A stretch of 64,000 nt of DNA, taken from Setoptus koraiensis (taxonomy: Eukaryota; Animalia; Arthropoda). Positions 26,963-40,397 of the stretch are shown one piece after another. Below the pieces are notes generated by a model that saw nothing but the letters and a program-made list of their open reading frames with translations, did no database searches and was not told the DNA's origin. The position numbers were made by a program, and so were the translations under genes. How positions within the stretch are numbered: the stretch's first letter is position 1; every line of letters begins with the position of its first letter. Location: contig CM106585.1 in assembly GCA_048013815.1 (NCBI GenBank), positions 4,898,001-4,962,000 on the forward strand, given 5' to 3'.

Positions 26963-28691
26963 TCGGTCGGCAGCGGCCTCGCTGGGCCCGGCGCGCAGTC
27001 TACGTATTGTACCCGTCTACCTGTGTCACAGTGAGCCGTACCTGGCCAACTGGCCGGCCATTAGCGGCATAGCCCGGGGCCCGGAGCAATCGTCGGTGGC
27101 GCGGCCGGGCGCGCAGCGGTGCCACAGTCTTGATTCAATGGGCTAGAATAAGTAGCGGTGGTAATTTGAATGGATATTTACAGTTGAATTTGTCCAACCA
27201 TTTGTTTATTCTGCACACACACACACACACGCACACAGACACGCGCTCGAGACCGAGCTCGATTGCCTGTGCGCCCCATGCGCAGGCTGCTCGAAGCGAG
27301 CCACTATTATGGCTCGCCATTGGTGGCCCCACTGCAGGCTGGCCGGCAGTTGTCGCTGCTGCATCGAGCCTGCCTGGCAAGCCGGATCGGTGGGCGCCAA
27401 CAGATGTGTCTGATCAGCGAGCGCGCCTCTGATTGCGCAATGCCGATCCAAGGGCCGACGGGATCAGTGTCAAGCAGCCCAATCTGCCCACGGTGCCCAG
27501 ACCCAAGTGTGGGGGCGGCCATACCGATACAACCGTTTGACTGCTGGCTGTATGGCCATTTCTGGCTCGCTTGGCCACTCGCGGCACGCAGTCTGTCTCA
27601 TACACATAACAGTGTCTCATCGCGCAAATGTGCCCGCCGTCATAATTGTGCCCCAGCCCGATATAGATTAAGGCGGCGCTCGAGGGTGCTCTAAGCGCAC
27701 TGCACCAGCAATAGTTATAATAGCATAATGTACTACCATTGCTGGCGAGTATATTACGTAACAACTCGCGTGAACGTTGCCGCTTTTATCGTCGTCCTCT
27801 AATCTGCTGCCGCTGCTGTGCGCGTTTGTCTTGCGCGTCTATTGTGTTTGATTGATCCGACAGCGCCAAGCACGTGCATAACGTCACTTACATAACTCGC
27901 TCTGATGTTCGTGTGGATTGCTCAAATTGTCTCAAGTCAACAACTGCGCCAACGGACACACAAGACAATGAGCGAGCCGCTGACACCAAGCGCACATTTG
28001 TGCGCAGATGATGTTTTAAAACCATGGCTCGTGTCACTGGTTTTGCTTGCGAGCGGCCCAACTATTGACCACTACACGCCATTGCGCCACGGCCAGTAAT
28101 CACAACCATATCCTGTTATTGCTGGCCGGCTGACTGCAGTTGGCCTCGCCGACGCTGCACGCGACGCTACTCGGCCAGTTGTGGGGCCCCCTCGGGCGCC
28201 CTTTTTAGCGCGCGCAAGATTTTGCTCTAGCGCCAAGTATCACTCTAATTAGCAACATACTGTGCAACGTGCAGTAGCTGCGCAACGTTTCAACGCGTCT
28301 CACAGTCTGTGAGTCACAGACTGGAGCGCGTTGTAGTTGAGCGAATGTCCGCGCGAGGGCAACGCACTGCGGCGAGCTGTCTGTTAATGATGGGCGCACT
28401 TGAGCGATCATTTGTTCTTATTAGGGCGGCTGCAAAAGCGAAACAAAGCCACGCCGCTGACATCGCAGCGATCGGCAGCGATTCGCGACACACCGACTCG
28501 GCGCGCAGGCCTTGAGCGTGTGCGTTCGGGTGCGTCGCCAGCGCCTCTAGCACATTTTCGCCAAACCATTTCCGCCAGCGCCAGGTAGTCATCGGAATCA
28601 CTCAGACGCGCAAGCATAATGCGATCGCAATAATGGGGCGCATAAGGGCACAAGTGAAAACCTTGTTAAACGCCGCTGTTGCCGCCATGCA

Positions 28692-28734
<43 letters not shown>

Positions 28735-29064
28735 CTCGTCGTTACGTAACGCAGCGGCCAGCAACGGCGGCAACATCCGCGGCACGACGGACAAAACGAG
28801 CACGAAAAACAACGAGAGGCAGCGGCGAGGGCGGGCGCGTCGTCGGCGGGGGAGGGGCGACCGTGCCGGCCGGGATTGCATGCGGGCTGTCGGGGTTGCT
28901 GTTTACATTCAAAATGGCGTCATCTAACCAGCTTACTCGCCAGGGCGGACGCATTCGGTTGTTGTCGTTGGCGTTGCAGTTGGCGTTGTTGTTGCCGCCG
29001 TCGCCGCCGTTCTGATGCAACCGGCGGAGCGGCGGGCCAACGGGCGAATTGAGCGAGTGCGCCA

Positions 29065-29200
29065 ACAACAGCCAACAACAGCCAACAGCGGCCAACAACA
29101 GCCAACAACAGCCAACAGCGGCCAACAACAGACAACAACAGCCACAACAGCCGCAACGGCCAACAACAGCCACAGCAGCCAACAACGGCCGACAACAGAC
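29065..29200. repeat. Degenerate CAACAGC/CAA compound repeat
   Basis: caacagccaacaacagccaacagcggccaa pattern repeated several times. Confidence 0.85.
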
Positions 29201-31620
29201 AACAAAAGTCAGACAATTGCCCCAAATGCGCCCCATCGAGAGAGCGAGCGACGGCCAAATGGCAGTTGGCACTTCGCAACTAGATCTAATCAATCAGATA
29301 ATCTCTCTTTGTGTGTTGCGTAATCATGAGCGGTGCAAACATGCGCCTCTGTGCGCCACTATAAATAATGTAAAAATAATTTGTTGTCAATTATAATTGT
29401 CAGTGCATGTACGCTAATCTGATCAGCCACTGCCGCTTTGATTGGTCCACCAGCCCACCGGCCCGTCGGCGGCCAGTGGCTCCGGGCGGCGCCGGCCGAG
29501 CCTCGGATCGGGCCGTAACTGGACAGACCCGGCGGCTCATTATTTAGGGACGGGCGATTTATTCAGCGCCGATTCATTTGCCTTTGTGTGTGTGTGACTT
29601 ACGCGTCGGCCCGCGTGATTGCGCCAGTCTGGCAGCCAATCCAACTAAAATCCGACGCTTTTTGCGCGCTGCAACGCATGCAATGTTGCTGTGTCTGCCA
29701 GTTTGCATGAGCTTATTACATAACACAATATAAGTGGCCGAACACAGTATGGCAGCCAGCGTGGGAGTAGCTGTGCGCCACAACTGCACCGTCGACGGGC
29801 ACCGCTCAATTCGCTCGATCTCTCGCGGTACCCGTCGCCGGCCTAACCTGAGCCAACGGTGCGAGCTTGCCAGCCGCTTCGGCCCGTTACTTCAGCCGCT
29901 CAAGTTCTGAGGGCAAGTATGACACCGTGCTGGACACACACGCACAACTGCTGCGCCTAAAACAATTATTATTAGCGTGTGTGTGTGTGTGTTATCATTA
30001 CGTAATGCGCCTCACAACTTGTGAGACTCACAAGCAGCCTCGTTGTTGCCTCAATTACAGCGTATGTGACACACACACACACGCGGTACAAATTGTGCAC
30101 GGTGTGCACAACTGTATCACTGTTTTATCGGTGCGAGCTCGCTGCTGCCAAGCGCCGCTTTTGCACAGCAAGAGGCCAGCGTGCGGCTCGGCGCGGCCCC
30201 CGTTCGACGCGAGCATTCGCACATTACATAACATATGATATTGTTGTATAATTTCTATTTGCCATTACTATTGCTGCAGCCGTTCTACGGCCGTTCTGCA
30301 GCCGTTTCTGGGGCCGTTCTGGGGCCATTGTATGGCCGCTCCACAGCGAACACACGCACACAGTGGCATTATGACAAGATCAATGCCAGTCAGGCACGCA
30401 CAATCGTCGGGTCGCGCCGGCCCGTCGACAGTCAAAATCATGGCAAGCTCGTCGGCTCGTCGACTCCTGGCCAGATTAATGGCGCTAGACGGCGCCGAGG
30501 GCGCTCACGTAGCCGCCGCTTGCATGCTTATGTGAGCGCAGTTCAGTCGGGCCGCCGCTAGCAGTCGGGCGGCCGATATAAGTGAGCCCGTGCGAGCGTA
30601 TTGAGTTACATAACAAACAGACACATAAATAGTGTGTGTGTGTGTGTGTATTTGAAATACATCAATAGTTATACTCACACCCGGCTAGTCACTTGCTTTG
30701 GCGAGGCTGCCGGCCCGCGCCAGGCCCGACAAAGTCGAGCGGCAAACTTGCGCGCCCGCTCACTCGAATACTTGGCCGATTTGGGGCCCAGACACACACA
30801 CACACACGCACACACACACGGTTCAAACGGTAAACCGTGCCAGAACGCGCGACGACAACAGCGACAGTCGGTGCAGATGGGGAGGTCGACTCTTCTGCGG
30901 GCCCCCGCTCACAGCCCGCGAGGTAAGCGCCAGTTCTTGCCATGCTGGCCCTTCATCAGTTACGTAACTATCGCCCGTGTGACAATGCCCTGCTCTCTCT
31001 CTCTCATACTGTGCGTGTGTGTGTGCGCGCCGGAATACAAAGTGAGGCTCGCAATATTTAGATTGAAAACGCGCCCGGTTGCAGCGGAGATTTTCCAATG
31101 CTGCAGCATTGGCACCATTGGCACCATTGGCTGCAGCACGCCGACAGCCAGCGATTGCGGCACACGAAAAATTGTTCCCCCGATTGAGGCCCCTCGAGAA
31201 CTCGGCGGCGCTGGGTTTGGCTGAGCTTGGCTGGGCTGGGCCCCGCAGCTGCCCGTTTGAGTGGGCCGGAGCCGCGACGGGCTCGACAGCGCAGCACGGC
31301 GGCCGGGCGAGCGTCACGGGATAAATGGGCCACTTGCTCGCGCGACTGGGCCGGATCCGCGCCACTCGGCCGCATTGCGCGCGCCCGGCCGAGTCCGGCC
31401 AGTTGCTGTTGTATACAGTTGTTGTGTATAATCAGTACAGGCCGCTCGCGGTGCGCCGCTGCTGCGGCCCGCAGCTTCACCTATAGGGCTCATACGCGCC
31501 AGTGTAGGCAGTCGGGGCCGGGCCGGGCCGGCGAGCGGGCAGCAAATCATTTTTATTGCCTCAAACATTGACCCCGCTCCGGCGAGCTCACACACACACA
31601 CGCACGCACACACACAAACA

Positions 31621-31665
<45 letters not shown>

Positions 31666-34600
31666 GCGTCGGATCGCAGTCGGAGCCGCACAAATGAATT
31701 GCCCGTATGAAACGAGCCAGCCCCAAAACAAGCCGCGAGCTGCTGCCCGACCGGCCGCTCCGTGGAGCCAGTCTGACACTCGCCCGCTAGCTGGCGTGGT
31801 GACAAAAATTAAGATGCGCGCTCAATCTAATGAGCTGCTTGCGTCAGCGCTATGCCAGCTCGCCAGTTTGTGGGGCCGCGCGAACGGCGGTGTCGCGGCT
31901 CGTCATCATCAGTATGTAAATCACTGCGGCGCGCACTGCTCCGTCTCGGGCTCAGCCCGCGGCTGGCCCGCACCGAGCCCGATGTCGGGCTCACGCGGGC
32001 TCACATCGGGCCATATCTGGGCTTTGCGCGGCTTTGTCGCGTCGACCCGACAGCGAGTCGGGCACACGCGGCCGTGCCCATGCGACCACGGGTGCAAACT
32101 TGAAAATTGTGACAAGGGCCCCTCGCGCTCCGTCACTTGATGCGCTCATTATCGCACTGTCTGTGCATGTTTTCTGGCCCAATGTGCCCCTCTCGCTAAT
32201 AGTCGCTATCCATGCATCGGGGGCCCATCGGACTATGCGCCAATGGCGAGCGCATGCTAGACGCGTAAGTGTTGTCACCACCAATGGCGTGAGAATGTGC
32301 ATCTCTTACGCAACAACAATTACATGTTATATTGTGCTCGCTGCCAGCTCATTGCGCACTGTTCGGAGCCCGCTGCGCGCCATTGCACGCCATTCGGCCT
32401 CACAAGGGCCATTGAGCCGTTGTCGTGCATTAGATTGGGCTAGTTATACAATTTTACAGCCAGCCAGCCAGCCGGTCGGCTCCTGCTTCCGGCGCTCATC
32501 CTGTGCCCGTGTTCGCGTGTGATGCGCCACTTTGGCACAGCCACACACAATTGTTGGGCCAACAACCAATTCGGCCCACCCAACAAACCGGGCCCGAGCC
32601 CGCACTCCCCCGCCGACCGCTGACCAGTTGAGTGGCGCGTTAGCAAAACCAACCGAGTAGCAGCCACACTTACTTAATTAATGAGAATTACCCAATTGAC
32701 TTAAACAGGCCGCCCCAGATACATGGTGGCAGCGTGACGGCGCAGCGCGCAAGCGAGAGATTGTATCTATTTAAAATGGACTAACAAGGCACGGTTGCGA
32801 GGGCGCCAAGCTTACGTAACGCGTATTATAGATGACGGCGCGCACAACATCAGTGAGCGTGCTCATTTTTCGCTCATTTAACCCCGCTCACCGAGCACCG
32901 CTGCAACAACGGCCCGCACCACCGCCGCAACTAGCGCCACTACAACTGGGGCCAGCACCACTGCATTATTATTATTGCCGTGCTCGGTCGTGTTTGCGCA
33001 CACTGCACCGGCCCATAAGATGCCCATTACCTAACCGTCGTCGTTATCTTGTGCCGGCGCGCCGCTTGCCGCGCCCCACAAGCCCGCCGCTCGACGGCTG
33101 GTGTTGGCAGCGACAGCCGGACAGACCCGCCGCCGCCGCCGGGCGATAATTGAATGGGCGCGCCCGTATGGCCGCGGCGGCCGCCGCACGTCCCGCGACA
33201 TTGGCATGTATATTGTCGCGGGCGTATATTGTCGCCCGCATATGTTGTCGTTGGACGTGTGCGGGGGCGCGGCGCCGGGCCGGCCCGCAACGGCGCCAGT
33301 GTGTCATCTTAATTAACTTTGCGTGAGATTAGCGACCATTTAAGCCATATAACAGCGCCAGCGACGACAACGAGCGCCGACACCAGAGCCGCTCTGCATT
33401 GATGGGCGCATCATTGAGCGCCTGACTAATGAGCCGCCATTTGCAACAAGCTCGCCGTCGTCCAAGTTGCACGGTCTAACCATGATGGCGGCCACGCTTA
33501 TCGTGGTCGTCGTGGCCTCTATCATTGCATTGCCACACATACAGCTACACATATATTGCTACATATATTCGGCTGGCTGGCTTGCCATTTGTGGAGCGGC
33601 GAGGCAGCCATTCGTCGGCGAGTCGCTTGGCTGTTGCGCAACAACATACAGACGGTCGGACGGCGACGGCACGGCTAGTCCGACGGACACAGAGACAGAC
33701 AGATAGACAGATTTGAGACAGCTAAGTCGGCTAAGTCGGCCGGCAGCCGGCTCGCCAAGCGACCGTAAGCGACAGCGAGACCTTTTTGCCTCTCCCTCTC
33801 TCTCTAGCGCAACACTGCTGGCTGGCTGTGTGTGTTGTCACGTAACAACATTTTTGTTGATGATCGCATCCACTCTAAACACACACAACTTGACAATTTC
33901 GCAGACTGTTTGCGCGGCCCACGAGCGGCCCCCGGGCCCCAACCCTCTAAGGCTGTCGGCTGGCCGTGCAAAGCCGTGCGGGGCCCCCAATTGAAACCGG
34001 CGTATCCAGTGTATCTTTGCAAACACATGGATTTGGCAAAAGTGTGTGTGTGTGTGTGCCGAAGCGGGCGCCATTTGTGCGGCTCGTGGCAGCGGGGGGA
34101 CGCGTCAGACAGTATGCATCAAATATCAAATAACCGTTGGTATCGATCATATCCATCTATTTGCTTGTCACGCCAGCCAACACGGCGCGCCGCACCGCAA
34201 CGTCCGACGCGCTCCCAACACACACGCGCCACACAATGGGTATCTGTACAAGGGGGGCCCCTGTAATCAGCGCGAGCGCTCTGTCGTCCGCGATTCTTGC
34301 CGCTGATTGAGCGGCCCGCCGCACACCGCTAACTGGCCACTCTACCCGCTGGCCGATGCGCACATTACGGAATCTACCTACAGACCGACAAACAACCGGC
34401 TAGATTGAGCCGACAGCGGGCACAAAAACACAATCGGCATCTGCCCGCCACAATACCCCATCATGTGCCACATATACCATAATACATTGGGCCATTTTAA
34501 TATTACCGGCCCGTATACGGCCCGTACATATGGGCATTTATATGTATTGGGTACCATTATAAATACCAGGCAACGGTGCAAAGGCCGCGTATGCGTAACG

Positions 34601-35125
34601 TTTATTATGCGCCATATAACGGGGCAGCGAAATGCCGCATTATAGCCCATGTAGGCACCGTCATGAATTATGGCGAGCCCTCGCCGTGCCGTTATCTGGC
34701 GGGCGCTCGGGTTGGCCGCTGGGCCGCCAGCTACGGGGGCCACTTAGCGTTGCGGTCATCAGCGGTGCCATTATTGCCATCATACAGCACACATTAGCTC
34801 TATGCTAACATGTCACAAAAGTCCAACACGACACCACCAAGTGTTTGTGTGTGTGTGTCGCTAACAACAACAACAATATCGTTTGCGTGTGTGTCGCGCC
34901 TCATTTCGGCGGTGCCCACCTTTCTTCGATGTGGCGCCACTATACGCGGCCGCTGGCCCAATACCCGATGACGCAACGGGCCACACCCTTGGGCAGGCGG
35001 GCTCGCTTTTGGCAGCTAGCCACGGCGCCATCGTTGTTGCTGCACGGTGCACGGTGGGGCCGTGTGACAGCGGGGCCCTGGGCAGCCGAGCGCCAGAGAG
35101 GCACAAATCCTGGCGCGGTGTCCAG

Positions 35126-35187
<62 letters not shown>

Positions 35188-35242
35188 GTGTGTGCGGGTG
35201 AATTGGGAGGGCGCCGCTGGCTGGACGGAGGGCCAAACGATA

Positions 35243-35330
35243 AAATAGAATAGAACGGAACGAAACGGAATACAGTGGAACAGAGAAGAATGGAATGGAA
35301 TAGAATGGACGGAATAAAATAAAATAAAAG
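35243..35330. repeat. Degenerate pentamer tract (AGAAT/GGAAT/GGAAC/AAAAT) following a long (GT)n
   Basis: aaaatagaatagaacggaacgaaacggaat...ggaatggaatagaat...aaaataaaataaaa. Confidence 0.75.
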
Positions 35331-37303
35331 CAGCCAGAATGTTGGCCGCCAGAGTGTGTCCCGTGTGTTTTATGGTGACAACAGCCCAGCCGAGAGCGGC
35401 CAGTTGTAGCATGGCGGCCGTAATAGAAAGCAGCAACTGTAACTGGCTGACAAATGTCCCTGGGCCGCCTAGACCCAGCCAGACATGTAGCAGTGGGGCC
35501 CGACTGGACTGGCCTCTTCTTTCTTGCCGTTGGCCCGCGCTACAACGGCTACAACGAGCGGCGCTGTCCGGACTTGTTTAGAGCGCCAGTTGGGGCCAGT
35601 TGGGGCTAGTTTGGGCTAGTTCATGCCAGGCCAGTTCATGCCAGGCCAGTTAAGACAAGCGAGCCAGTCGGCAGTGAGTTGTTTTGGTGGCGCTAGTGGC
35701 GCTGCTGTTGCTGTTGTTGTGTCGCAACAACCTAGTTGATACGAGTATTATCACTCACTCTCGCCCACCCAAATTGCTGCCTCTCTCTCTCTCTCTCTCT
35801 GGCCAGTCTCTTCAGAGTGCTCGCAGTGCTCAGAGTCTGGCTCTGGTCAGTTTAAGCTGCAACTCTAGACTCGCAAGTGCACGAGCGCCGGCCAGTGGAG
35901 CCCAGTGGGGGCCAGCGCCGGAGCTGGGGCCGAGCGGCGGTCGTTGTGTGTGCGCAAAGCGGCCCTAGATGGTAGATAGCGGCGGGACTTATCGTCGTCT
36001 CAGCAGCAGCCAGCCAGCCAGCCAGCCGGCCAACGACTAAAACGGCTAACAGATGAGACGCGACGAGATGAAACGAGATGAGATGAGATAGATCGAGCGG
36101 GGGAAGAAGCAAAAAATAGAGGCCTGGCGACGGTGCTTCGCACAGGCCACCGAGGGGCGCCCAATTGCACGGCCCAAATGGGTTGTCTGGCCCGCTGGCT
36201 GGATATCGCGCCAATGGCTGGCTGGATGTCGCCCCAATGGCCGGCTGGCCGAATGTCGCGCCAATGGCTTGACTAATAAGAGGGCTCAATTTGGCGGAGC
36301 GCGCTCATTCATTTAGCACTTTTGCTGGCTGCTGGGGCCCGCCAGCCAACGTTATTAAACAGGCCAGATATTAAACAGTTAGGCCCGCTCTGTTGGCCCC
36401 CGTTGACCCGGCCACACAAACGAGGCTCGGCCACACAAACGAGGCCTGGCCTTGTTAGATGCGGCTCACCTATGTCGCTGGCTGACCGGGCCAATTGATT
36501 CGGAGTTTGCAATTGAGTGGAGAGTTCACGGCTATCGCTTTTTTGCCGGGCGGCCACTTACGGCTTGAAAAAATACCCACACACACACACACATATAGCG
36601 ACACAATGGTGCCATCGAGTGCGATACCGCCGCATCGGGGTACTCAGTGGTACGAATAGCGGTGGGCAGCCGACAGACAACAACAAGATCTGGCCGACGG
36701 TCGTTAGGGGCAACAGCAACTGCAACAACAACAAGCAGCTGCCACGTTACGTAACACACATTACGGCACCGTGCGGTGGTAGCCAGCACTAATAAGTGCT
36801 GGCCATACAACAACCACTACCACTACTACTGCTGATAATGTATATATTGCATCATCGTTAGCCCGCTAATGCCGCGAACAATATGCGATGCAGCTCGCTC
36901 GAAGCTCGCTGGCCCGTTGCAGTGTCACAAACACACACTGCATTCCTACTGACAATCTAACTGCCGTATAACTGCATATTATTATTAGTTACACACACAC
37001 ACACACACAAAACTGGCTGGCAAAACTTAAATTTGTTATCTTGGCCACACTCACACACATATTTACTTGGCTGTTGCGCAACTGTGCAACCTGGGCGAGC
37101 CGCAAATCTGTAGGCAAACAAGTAAATAGTTTAGCACACACACACAACACTCAATTGTCAGACGGCAAGCCATGGCAAGCCAGCGATGGCAAGCTAGCGA
37201 TGGCAAGCTAGCGATGGCGAGCTTGACATGGCAAGTAACCCGAACAATACGAGTGGCGGTATAATGGCGGTGGTCGTCGGTGTAATCGCTAGTGCTCACT
37301 TAC

Positions 37304-37731
37304 CTGATTCCAGCAGCAGCTCTGCGCTGTTTCGTTGCTCTTCCTGTGCCGCTGGCTCACTTTTGTGCTGTTCACTTTTGTGCTGCTCACTTTTGTGCTG
37401 TTCACTTTTGCTGCCCAATTGCGCAATATTGGCCTTGGCGTTTTGGGCCAACACACTTGCCGCCGCCGCCGAGGTCGCTTTGTTGCGCTGCTGCTGCTGA
37501 CTGCTGGCGCCGCTGCTCAGTAACTGCTCACCGATGGCACAGTTTGCCGCACGAGCCTGCTGTTCGTGCGCTTGCTGCTGCTGCTGGCAAGCTCGCTGGC
37601 TGCTGTTTGTCAAGCTGATTGAGTTTGTTACATTAAGGTGAGTCGGTTGGTTGTTTTTTGTGGTCGCTGCTGTCGGTGTTGTTGCTGGTGGCGGCGTGGT
37701 GGTTGTATCACAGATTAGCTGCTGCTTTTGT

Positions 37732-37764
<33 letters not shown>

Positions 37765-39173
37765 CGCTGTTGTTGCTGGGCTGGTGTGACAGTGGCGCCG
37801 CTGTTGGTTAGACTAGTGTTGTTGCTGTTGCAAATATCTTGCAAATATCCGCTGATTAGCTGCAATTCGTCACTATTGGCCGGCTGTTGGGCCGCTCTGT
37901 TGTTGTTGTTGTTGTTGCCGCTGGGCTGCTTGCACAATCGGCGCGGCCTCTTGACGGGCTGTTGCTTTTGGGCCGTCAGATCGATCGCCTTCACCAGCAC
38001 ACTCTCTACGGCCGCGGCCTGGGACTGGGCCCGCGAGGCGGTCGGCCTCAGCGCCCGACGGTGCTGCTGCTGTTGTTGCTGCATTTGCTGGTTGCTGCTG
38101 TCGATGGCGTTGCTGTTGTTGTTGTTGTTGTTGCTGTTGTTGTTGTTGCTGCTGTTGTTGCTGCTGCTGTTGTTGCTGCTGTTGTTGTTGTTGCTGCTGC
38201 TCTGCTTGATTGTCGTCGTTTGTTTGTTACTGGCGCTGATATCAATGTTTGCCGTCGCTGACGGCTGCTTGGCCTGCGATGATGCCCGATTCGCTGTGCC
38301 AATTGTCTTGCTATTGCTATTGCTGGTGTTGTTTGCGTTTTTCGTTGCGCACAACACGCCATCACCGCCACTTCCAATGTCGCTGTTGCTTTTATTATCC
38401 TGCTGTTGTTGTTGCTGTTGTTGTTGCTGTTGTTGTTGCCGCTGCTGTTGTTGTTGCTGCTGCTGTTGCGTAACTTGCTGCCTCTGCTTGCCAGCCAGGC
38501 TCGGCTGCCTCGCTAACAAAACGCCCGCTTTAGCACCGCTAACTGCACCACTATTGTCCATGTTGTTGCTGTTGTTGTTGTTGTTGTTGCTGCTGGTGTT
38601 GCTGTTGCCGAGCTGCGGACGCACTCCCACTGACCCCACACTGCTTAAGTCGGGTACTTGTTGTTGCTGCCGCTGCAGGGGCGGCCCGAGCAGCCTCGGC
38701 GCCGGCTGCGGAACCGCCAGTGGGCTCGCCAGATTGATTTCCTGCAGTTGACGCTGTTTTTTCTGCTGCTGTTGTTGTTGCTGGTGCGACATTGATGATT
38801 TCGCTTGTTTGCCACCTGATTTGCTGTGAGTTTTTGTGTGGCTGCTTAAAATGCTGTTACTTGTCGAGTCAACTAAACCGTATTTTGTCTCTGGCTTGCC
38901 ACCACTATCTGCAGCATCATTGTTGTTCTTGTTTTTGGCTGTTTTGCTGCAACTGGAGCCACTGTTCTTGGTCTTGACGCTTTTGACGCTGGCGCCGCCC
39001 TTTAGGCCGCTCTTCAAGCCACTCTTCAAGCTAGTGGCGGTGGTGCTGGTGTCGATGTCGTTGTCTATCTCCATTGTGTCCATGTCTTGCAAGTCGTGCT
39101 TGCCAGTCTGGCCGCTAGAGCGCCCGCTGTTGGTCTTGTCGGAGCTTGGCAGCGCGAGCATGGCGCAATCCAT
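37304..39173 (-). CDS. Large Q/N/S-rich low-complexity coding exon, probably the 5' exon of a spliced gene (candidate: the ELM2-SANT gene)
   Basis: 623 open codons with poly-Q, poly-N and an in-frame 15-bp repeat (KSEQH x3-4, 37355-37410). The ORF runs into a consensus donor gaatcag|gtaagt at 37304/37303 two codons before its stop. Confidence 0.7.
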
Positions 39174-39315
39174 GTGATTGTGGCCGTTGCTCGTTCGTGA
39201 TACTTGCCGATTGATAATAGTTGTTGGCGTTGTTGTTTGTGGTTGTTGTTATTGTTGCTGCTCATTGACTCACTGATTTGCGCTGCAGTTACACAAGTTT
39301 CGCTTGTTTTGTTTC

Positions 39316-39383
<68 letters not shown>

Positions 39384-40105
39384 GATGAAAGTTGTTGTTG
39401 CTGCCGTTGTTGCGGCGCAATCACTAGAGGGCTCGCTTTGCTTTGCCCGTTCACCTGGCTAGCTGGCTCACTCTGTCGCTCACTCAAAGGCTCATTCTTG
39501 CGTTAGTCGTGCTGTTTAATGCTGGCAAGACCAATGCCGAGACAGCCGAGAAGATATCGATGGTTGTAGTTGCAGTTGTCGCTGCCGTTTGGTGTAGACG
39601 GTAGGTGGAGTATTGGCCGTTTGAGTGCAGCATAAAAGCCAAGTTAATGTAATGATGATATAAGCTACCATTGAATTTGCACTAGATTTCTAAATAGACT
39701 AACGCACACACACACACACGCACACACGCACACGCACACACGCACACACACACACACACACACGGCTATCAGTAGTGTGCTGTTACGTAAGCGAGCTAGT
39801 GCGCCTGCCCTGCCCGACTAGCATTACCAGTGTTGTTGTTGCCGTAGTTGTTTTTGCTAACATTGCACAACAACAAACACACACACACACACACACACAT
39901 ACACACACACGCGCACACACACACTGCACAAACTGGCTCCCATCACTACACAGTCATCGGCAGTCTCTGGAAACGCACACACAACATGGGGAGCTCCCAT
40001 GGCTAACTTGCGTGGGCGTGGCAGTCTGGGGCACCCAAATAGTGGGGCACTTTCACTGCCACCCCAACGGAGTGTGGCCGTGCCGCACTCGATGCCCTCG
40101 GCCCG

Positions 40106-40154
40106 GTGCCCCAAGGGTACCCGTGACGGCGCCCCAAAGGTACCCGTGACGGCG
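40106..40154. repeat. Tandem duplication of a 23-bp unit GCCCCAARGGTACCCGTGACGGC (2 copies plus a partial)
   Basis: gccccaagggtacccgtgacggc gccccaaaggtacccgtgacggc gcc. Confidence 0.85.
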
Positions 40155-40362
40155 CCAAGTCGCACGCACTCACGCACACACACACATACTGCCTACAGGC
40201 AAGCTTATGGAACCACTGTCGAACCCTCGTACCAACGCAAAAGCGCCTGCGCACTGCTGCCCCAACTGGGCACGGTGTCCTGTACCCTGTGACCACCACT
40301 GTTTCACCCGAGGCCCGTGCACGAATTGCGCAATACCCCGGGAACGGTGCTCTCATTGATAC

Positions 40363-40397
<35 letters not shown>

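Noticed and set aside
35061-35073. CGTGTGACAGCGG resembling part of miR-210, and TGGAAGACTAG near 9857 resembling the miR-7 5' end
   Set aside because: Partial matches only; the rest of each mature sequence and a supporting hairpin are absent.
37651-38751. 366-aa poly-Cys/poly-Leu ORF on the + strand
   Set aside because: Antisense shadow of the CAG/CAA/AAC codon repeats of the minus-strand Q/N exon.
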